From: a virus
Taxonomy: Duplodnaviria > Caudoviricetes
IMG/VR virus record: IMGVR_UViG_3300037761_000215
Location: 1 to 49,915 of that record
Direction: 5' to 3' (one strand)
DNA: 49,915 nucleotides
Part shown: positions 44,764 to 49,915 of the stretch, piece by piece
Numbering within the stretch: position 1 is the stretch's first letter
How the letters are laid out: each line of letters opens with the position of its first letter
Translations under genes and position numbers: made by a program
The notes under the pieces: model-generated
Told to the model about the DNA's origin: nothing
The model's database searches: none
The model's input: the letters and a program-made list of their open reading frames with translations, nothing else

Positions 44764-45047
44764 CCACCCACCAGCCGCTGACCGCCGGCCTACCGCTGCG
44801 CCCGGTCGACCCGGACGAGGTCGACCAGCCATTCGACCGGCCGCCGAGGCTGCCCCCATCCGTCACCGTCCGGGTCGAGTACCGGCAACTCGGCCCCGGC
44901 CCCGAGTCGATCGAGGTGCAGTGGGACGCCGGCGCCCACATCCCGACCGCGGCCGACATCTGCGCTGTGATCCGCCAGCTTTGGGACCCGCCCCGAGCAT
45001 GGTCGGCCAGCTCCAGGACCCATCCCGGGGAGGTGGCGGGGTCATGA
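44760..45047 (+). CDS. Hypothetical protein
   Basis: ATGA overlaps. Confidence 0.55.
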   Translation: MTTHQPLTAGLPLRPVDPDEVDQPFDRPPRLPPSVTVRVEYRQLGPGPESIEVQWDAGAHIPTAADICAVIRQLWDPPRAWSASSRTHPGEVAGS

Positions 45048-47389
45048 TCACCCACCAGCCACCACCGCCGCCGAGCAAGCCGGCAGTCCCACCCGAGCCG
45101 CAGCCGGCTGCGGCATCTCACGGTGTCGGTGCCGGCTTCCCACACGTCGCCGGCCGCTGCCCGGCCTGCCGGGGCAGCTCGCTGTTCCTGGCCGGGTCCG
45201 GGTATGTCACCTGCTCGCGGCTGGAGTGCCCGCACCCATGCGCGGCCGACGACCTGCTGCACGCCGACCAGCCCGAGCCGCAGACCTCGGTCTGCGACAG
45301 GACGATGGGACCGATGGCGGGCGGTCGCACCTACCGCTGCGAACTTCCGCACGGACACCCGCTGCCGCACCGCGAGGGCGGGACCGTCTGGCAGCCCGTT
45401 GACCTCAGCAACCCGACAGCCATGGAACCGGAGTTCGATGACGCGGGCCGCCGCCGGGAGTGGGCCGCCGCCACCCCGCCGCCGGCCGGGCACTCATTCG
45501 TCCCAGTCGCCGGGCATCCTGACGACGACGAGTGCACCCATCGTGATGATGGGACGGACGGCACGTACTGCGGCAGGCCAGAAGTTGAGCATGAGCCCGA
45601 CGGTGGACGGCACGCCTCGCCAAACTGCGCTTGCGGCGAGAACGACGCCGGTGACCAGTACCGGGACCCGATCTGCGCCCAGCTCGACGCCGACCCTCCG
45701 GAGCCGCCAGCCCCAACCCCGCCCGAGCCCCAGCCTGAGCCGCGCGACTTCTACGCCATGCACGACCACGGCTACCCGGTCGGTCTCCGCCATGCCCACC
45801 ACGTTGAGAACCCGCACTCCGGCGACGTGCACAATCCGCGCGCCAACGACCACACCGGCGTACCGGTGGTGACCCAGGCCGAGGCGACCGTCCCACCCAC
45901 GCCCGAGCCCGCCCCGGACGGTACGGGGCCGGTCCTGGGACGGGCGCTGCTCGACGTGGACGGCGACTTATGGCAGGACCGCGGCAACGGGCTGTGGCAG
46001 GGCGTTGGCGTGGAGTCGTACATGCCCGAGGCGGAGCTCAAGAGAGACCACGGCCCGGTGCGGGAGGTGCTGCTGGTGGACCCGGCCGCCGCCCGGGTGC
46101 TGGGCGTGGCGCGGGCGTGGTGGGATTCCCTGAGCACTGACGGCCGGGAGCACCTGAGGCATGCCAGCGCCGACGGGGCGCTCAAGGCGCTTGCGGCCGC
46201 CGTGGACGCGCTCGGCGACATCACCGAGCCCACCCCGGAGCCGGCCGACGACGTGACCGACCAGATCGACGAGCTACGCGACTCCAGCGACTGGGCCGCA
46301 CTGCATGAGCTGGCCACCGATCTGGCGCACGACCTGGTGCTGGTGAAGAAGCGACTCGCCACGGCGTACGAGCGGCTGGACCAGCTGACAGTCCCACCTC
46401 CGCCCCAGCCGGCCACCGCCGACCAGGAGTGGGCCGCCAGGGTCGCCGACCATGCTCGGCGCCGCCGGGAGTGGGCCGCCGCGCTGCGCGCCGCGCCCGA
46501 CATCCTTGGCCTAGGCGAGAACCACCCGACCAGGCTGTCGCTGCTTGGCCTCGCCACCCGGATCGAGGACGGCACGCTCACCCCGTGGGCCGACCAGCCG
46601 GACGTGCTCGGGGACACCACCGAGGCCGAGCTTGACCGCCGCATGGCCGCGGGCGAGCCGGTGCTGGTGGTCGGCACCTCACCACCGTGGCGGGTGGAGG
46701 CCGCACCCCCACCGACGGCCGGCACACCACCTCCGGGCTTCGTCCGAGAGACGTTGGATGAGGCGTTGGAGAACGACCGTTGTGGTATCTGCCTGTCCGT
46801 CGATCACTTCCGTGAGCAGTGCCCGCAAGCCGATGCGGCTATGGCTAATCTGGCCACCGCTAGCCACGGATTGGCCAAGCCCGACCCGCTCCCGGCCGGC
46901 GGCCCCGGGCGGGATCTGACCGTGGCCCGGCTGGAGCAGGCGGTCCGCGCCGGCGCGCTGGAGCTGAAGGAGGCGAACGCCGAGCTGGCCGAGATGACCG
47001 CGCGGCTGCGGGTCGCCCTGGACGCCGGCCAGGACGTGCCCGACGCGGACCTAGTGCCACTGGCTGGCACCTACCGGGAGGCGCTGGCCGCCGCTGTCCG
47101 GGCCAACGGGGAGCAGACCGCCGAGGCGGAGCGGCTGACCGCCGAGCTGGCCGCCGCCCGCCGGGACGCCGAGCTGTGGGAGCGGGCCGCCGGGGACATG
47201 GAGGCCCGGGACCGGCACGCCGCCGCCGACACGCTCGACTGGGCCGCCGGCCAGATCGTGCTCAAGCACGCTGACCTACATGGGATCTCCATCAGCGAGC
47301 ATGTCGACCACTGGGCCGCCGAGGTTCGCGCCGGCAGCCGCCCCGTCCCCGGCAACCCGGAGCCGGACGGAGGTGGTGACGGTGGCTGA
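45044..47389 (+). CDS. Large mosaic protein with DUF6085-like Zn domain
   Basis: RBS GGAGGTG; 'VAGRCPAC..SLFL..SGYVTCSRLECP.P'; many small C/H modules between Pro-rich linkers. Confidence 0.7.
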   Translation: MITHQPPPPPSKPAVPPEPQPAAASHGVGAGFPHVAGRCPACRGSSLFLAGSGYVTCSRLECPHPCAADDLLHADQPEPQTSVCDRTMGPMAGGRTYRCELPHGHPLPHREGGTVWQPVDLSNPTAMEPEFDDAGRRREWAAATPPPAGHSFVPVAGHPDDDECTHRDDGTDGTYCGRPEVEHEPDGGRHASPNCACGENDAGDQYRDPICAQLDADPPEPPAPTPPEPQPEPRDFYAMHDHGYPVGLRHAHHVENPHSGDVHNPRANDHTGVPVVTQAEATVPPTPEPAPDGTGPVLGRALLDVDGDLWQDRGNGLWQGVGVESYMPEAELKRDHGPVREVLLVDPAAARVLGVARAWWDSLSTDGREHLRHASADGALKALAAAVDALGDITEPTPEPADDVTDQIDELRDSSDWAALHELATDLAHDLVLVKKRLATAYERLDQLTVPPPPQPATADQEWAARVADHARRRREWAAALRAAPDILGLGENHPTRLSLLGLATRIEDGTLTPWADQPDVLGDTTEAELDRRMAAGEPVLVVGTSPPWRVEAAPPPTAGTPPPGFVRETLDEALENDRCGICLSVDHFREQCPQADAAMANLATASHGLAKPDPLPAGGPGRDLTVARLEQAVRAGALELKEANAELAEMTARLRVALDAGQDVPDADLVPLAGTYREALAAAVRANGEQTAEAERLTAELAAARRDAELWERAAGDMEARDRHAAADTLDWAAGQIVLKHADLHGISISEHVDHWAAEVRAGSRPVPGNPEPDGGGDGG

Positions 47390-47615
47390 GCCCTTCGCCG
47401 CCACCGCCGCCCAGCGGATCCTGGACCAGATCGAGGCGGCCTACAACCGACAAGCCCCACAGGCCGAGATCGACGCGCTATGGGACCGGTACCACGCCAA
47501 GGAACGGGCCGTGCTGTGGCTGCTGGGCGGACTCCAGCCGATGTACCGCACGCTCGATCGGCTCGCCGAGGCCCGCCGGCTCGGCCTACCCATGCTGGAG
47601 GACAACCATGCGTAA
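47382..47615 (+). CDS. Hypothetical protein
   Basis: RBS GGAGGTG. Confidence 0.6.
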   Translation: MAEPFAATAAQRILDQIEAAYNRQAPQAEIDALWDRYHAKERAVLWLLGGLQPMYRTLDRLAEARRLGLPMLEDNHA

Positions 47616-47817
47616 CCCGCTGCGCAACCCGGTTCCGAAGCCCACCACCCTGCCACCAGGCCATCCCGACTTCTGGGCCGACAACGCCCGGTTCTGGCGG
47701 GAGGTGGAGGTCTTCTGGCGCCGGCAGTCACGCATCTGGCTGATCATCACGGGGCTGTGGGGCGTCGTATTGGTCTTGCTAGTGCTCTCGGTGGTGCTGA
47801 GGCTGGTCGGTGGCTGA
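47608..47817 (+). CDS. Small membrane protein
   Basis: RBS GGAGGA; C-terminal TM segment. Confidence 0.65.
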   Translation: MRNPLRNPVPKPTTLPPGHPDFWADNARFWREVEVFWRRQSRIWLIITGLWGVVLVLLVLSVVLRLVGG

Positions 47818-48668
47818 TGGCCGATTGCCAGGCCTGCTCCCGGCCGGTGCCAGACGTAGCCTATGTCTGCCCGGCGTGTGAGCGTGACCTGGCCGCCCAG
47901 CTCAAGGATGCGGCCGAGCTGTGGCCGGAGCTCCAGGTGACCGTCGCCCGGCTGGCGCGGATGTCCGAGCCGGGTCCGCATGCCCGTGGCCGGGCGCCGG
48001 CGCAGCCGATCCGCCCCGACTCGGGGGCGATGCGGCACTACGCCGACCAGGTCGTGGGCGCCGTGACCGGGCTGCCGTTCAGCTGGGCGGCGGCCCACGT
48101 CGCGGAAGACGTGCGGGATGCGGTCATCACCTGGTGCCGGGTTGTGCTGGAGGAGCGCCATGGCATCCGGGCCGCGCCATGGAGTCTGCCTGAGGACACC
48201 CCGGGCCTGATGCGGTGGCTGGCCGGCCAGCTCAAGTGGTGCCGCTACCAGCCGCTCGCCGCCGAGGCGTGGGACGAGCTGGCCTACGCGTGTGGCCGGA
48301 TCGAGCCGGCCGTGGACCGGCCACCACCGCGCCGGTTGGACGCCGGCCCGTGCCTGGCCCCCACCCCGGCCGGACCGTGCCGGCAGCGCCTGTCGGCGTC
48401 ACCCAGAGCGGCCTACGTCCACTGCCCCGCCTGCCGGGCATCCCACAGCGCCACCGGCCGCTCAGCGACCATCCTGGCCGCCGCGATGGACATCCGGCTG
48501 ACCGCGGAGGAGTGCGCGCACCTGCTCAGCCTCCACGGCTGGCCCACCCCGGCGGCCACGGTGCGGAAGTGGGGGCAGCGGCACCGCGCGCTGGCGGTGG
48601 CCGCAAGGTACCGGTTCGGCGACGTGCACAGGTTGCGCGTGGCCACGAGAGAGAGGATCAGCGTATGA
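47817..48668 (+). CDS. Zn-ribbon + C-terminal HTH protein, candidate late activator
   Basis: CQAC..CPAC; 'GPC...C....CPAC'; 'LTAEEC...TVRKW..R...YRFGDV'; sits ahead of the packaging genes. Confidence 0.7.
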   Translation: MADCQACSRPVPDVAYVCPACERDLAAQLKDAAELWPELQVTVARLARMSEPGPHARGRAPAQPIRPDSGAMRHYADQVVGAVTGLPFSWAAAHVAEDVRDAVITWCRVVLEERHGIRAAPWSLPEDTPGLMRWLAGQLKWCRYQPLAAEAWDELAYACGRIEPAVDRPPPRRLDAGPCLAPTPAGPCRQRLSASPRAAYVHCPACRASHSATGRSATILAAAMDIRLTAEECAHLLSLHGWPTPAATVRKWGQRHRALAVAARYRFGDVHRLRVATRERISV

Positions 48669-49066
48669 GCATCGAGCAGCGGCGCGGAGAGCGGTGCACC
48701 GACCCTGGGTGCCCGGACCGGCGCGAGGGCTACCAGCACGCGCACATGCGCCTACCCAGCCACCCCCTGGACATCAGGCTGACCGTCGACCGTGTCGAGG
48801 GCCGGTATGTCTACGAGGCGGCCCACGGTAGTCCGGAGCATGAGCAGTTGATGGAGTGGCTGAGGGCCAACGGGGTGGAGCCAGACGACACACCAGCGGA
48901 GTCGCACGCCATCATCAGCGACGGCAGTCTGACCATCCAGCAGTTCGCGCGCAAAGATGGGAAGCTGTACCTGAACCCCTCCGGAGACGGGGCAGCCCGG
49001 ACCACGGTCACGGTGCCGTTCAAGGCTCAGCCGCCGGACTTCTGGACCTTCTGGCAGCCGGAATGA
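48665..49066 (+). CDS. Hypothetical protein
   Basis: RBS GAGGA; ATGA overlap. Confidence 0.65.
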   Translation: MSIEQRRGERCTDPGCPDRREGYQHAHMRLPSHPLDIRLTVDRVEGRYVYEAAHGSPEHEQLMEWLRANGVEPDDTPAESHAIISDGSLTIQQFARKDGKLYLNPSGDGAARTTVTVPFKAQPPDFWTFWQPE

Positions 49067-49129
49067 GCAGGTCACCGGCATGATCTGCTACCGTGTCACA
49101 CGACCGTGCATGTGGACGAGGTGTGCCCG

Positions 49130-49372
49130 ATGAGCGGTGTGCCCACCCAACCGGAGGTCGTGCAGTACCTGCTCTCCCGCCACGCCCCCATCCGCTGGGC
49201 CGAGTTCCTCAACGGACTACCCTGGCGCTACCTGCGCCCGGTGGTCACCGTCGCGGTCAGCTCCAGGACCCACCCGTCCCTCGCGCTCAGCACCGCCATC
49301 GCGTACTCGGCCGACGCCGAGTTCAAGGCGACCGGGACCGCGCACCTCAAGCGCAAGGCGGCTGTGACGTGA
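49130..49372 (+). CDS. Hypothetical protein
   Basis: RBS GAGGTG. Confidence 0.55.
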   Translation: MSGVPTQPEVVQYLLSRHAPIRWAEFLNGLPWRYLRPVVTVAVSSRTHPSLALSTAIAYSADAEFKATGTAHLKRKAAVT

Positions 49373-49554
49373 GACCGGTTACCGCGCTGAACGACCTGGC
49401 TGTACGGCGGGCTGGTGACGGCGATGGGCCTCATGTCGAGGTCGTAGATGCACGTACCGGGCAGGTCCTGCTACTCCTGGCCCCAGGCCAAGCGGTGGCT
49501 TTCGCCGCACTGGTAACTCAGCTGGCATACGTCGTCGCTGGTGAGGGCACCTGA
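49369..49554 (+). CDS. Hypothetical protein
   Basis: GTGA and TGATG overlaps. Confidence 0.55.
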   Translation: MRPVTALNDLAVRRAGDGDGPHVEVVDARTGQVLLLLAPGQAVAFAALVTQLAYVVAGEGT

Positions 49555-49859
49555 TGGCAGCCACCGGCACCACCGCCGAGCGGGGCTACGGCCGGCCGCA
49601 CCAGCTGGAGCGTGAGCGGTGGCGCCCGCTGGTCGAGGCCGGTCAGGTCGCATGCTGGCGCTGCGGCTCGGAGATCTGGCCGGGCCAGGCGTGGGACCTC
49701 GGCCATGACGACGACGACCGGACGCAGTACCGCGGGCCTGAGCACATCAGGTGCAACCGCGGCGCCGGTGCGGTGCGTGGTGGGTACGCCCGCCATCGGC
49801 GGCCACGGTGCTGGTGTGGCGACGGGTGCAGGCTGCACGTCCCGGTTGACCAGCTCTGA
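49554..49859 (+). CDS. Packaging-associated HNH endonuclease
   Basis: 'RGYG..H...R', 'CWRCG', 'WDLGH', 'GPEHIRCN'; precedes terS on the circular map. Confidence 0.85.
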   Translation: MAATGTTAERGYGRPHQLERERWRPLVEAGQVACWRCGSEIWPGQAWDLGHDDDDRTQYRGPEHIRCNRGAGAVRGGYARHRRPRCWCGDGCRLHVPVDQL

Positions 49860-49915
49860 TGGGGACATGTAGTAAGATTCTTTTCAAATCGGACATATCA
49901 TGACCCTGCCAGCCA

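Larger units (their letters stand above)
1..49915. mobile_element. Near-complete temperate actinobacteriophage (siphovirus) genome
   Basis: Full module set from terS round to HNH, with no host genes; WhiB, leaderless genes and high GC point to Actinomycetota. Confidence 0.92.

Noticed and set aside
1-49915. tRNA, CRISPR array, reverse transcriptase/DGR, DNA polymerase
   Set aside because: None recognised by eye; tRNAscan-SE and HMM searches would be needed to exclude them formally.

Overview
The window reads as an essentially complete ~50 kb, very GC-rich temperate siphovirus of an actinobacterium. A filamentous host (Micromonosporales/Streptomycetales-like) is my inference. It is opened between the packaging HNH gene (right end) and the small terminase (left end), i.e. 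at the probable cos region. Layout: packaging and head (1-7.7 kb); a head/neck accessory cluster (7.3-11.9 kb); neck and tail with a -1 frameshifted chaperone and tape measure (11.9-22.4 kb); lysis (22.4-24.9 kb); an accessory zone (24.9-30.8 kb); integrase, repressor and cro (30.8-32.5 kb); and the early/replication arm with WhiB, exonuclease, ERF, resolvase, ParB-methyltransferase, nuclease and Rep (32.5-49.9 kb). The most unusual element is a ~400-nt, apparently non-coding, highly structured leftward RNA (27480-27880) with GNRA loops and two 6-nt loops that are exact complements. It is driven by a promoter overlapped by a three-copy operator facing a ribbon-helix-helix repressor gene, and it heads an operon of small genes punctuated by repeated covarying hairpins. 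Other oddities: a ClpP + HK97 double-protease fusion, a lethal-factor-type zincin between terminase and portal, a tail-tube paralogue in the Dit slot, an arm-less integrase tight behind a long-tailed repressor, an HNH insertion that rebuilt the 3' end of its target gene, and a ParB-MTase/nuclease pair. All calls come from motif recognition and hand pairing; no database search or folding program was run. Many start codons were re-picked by eye from RBS and overlap patterns.
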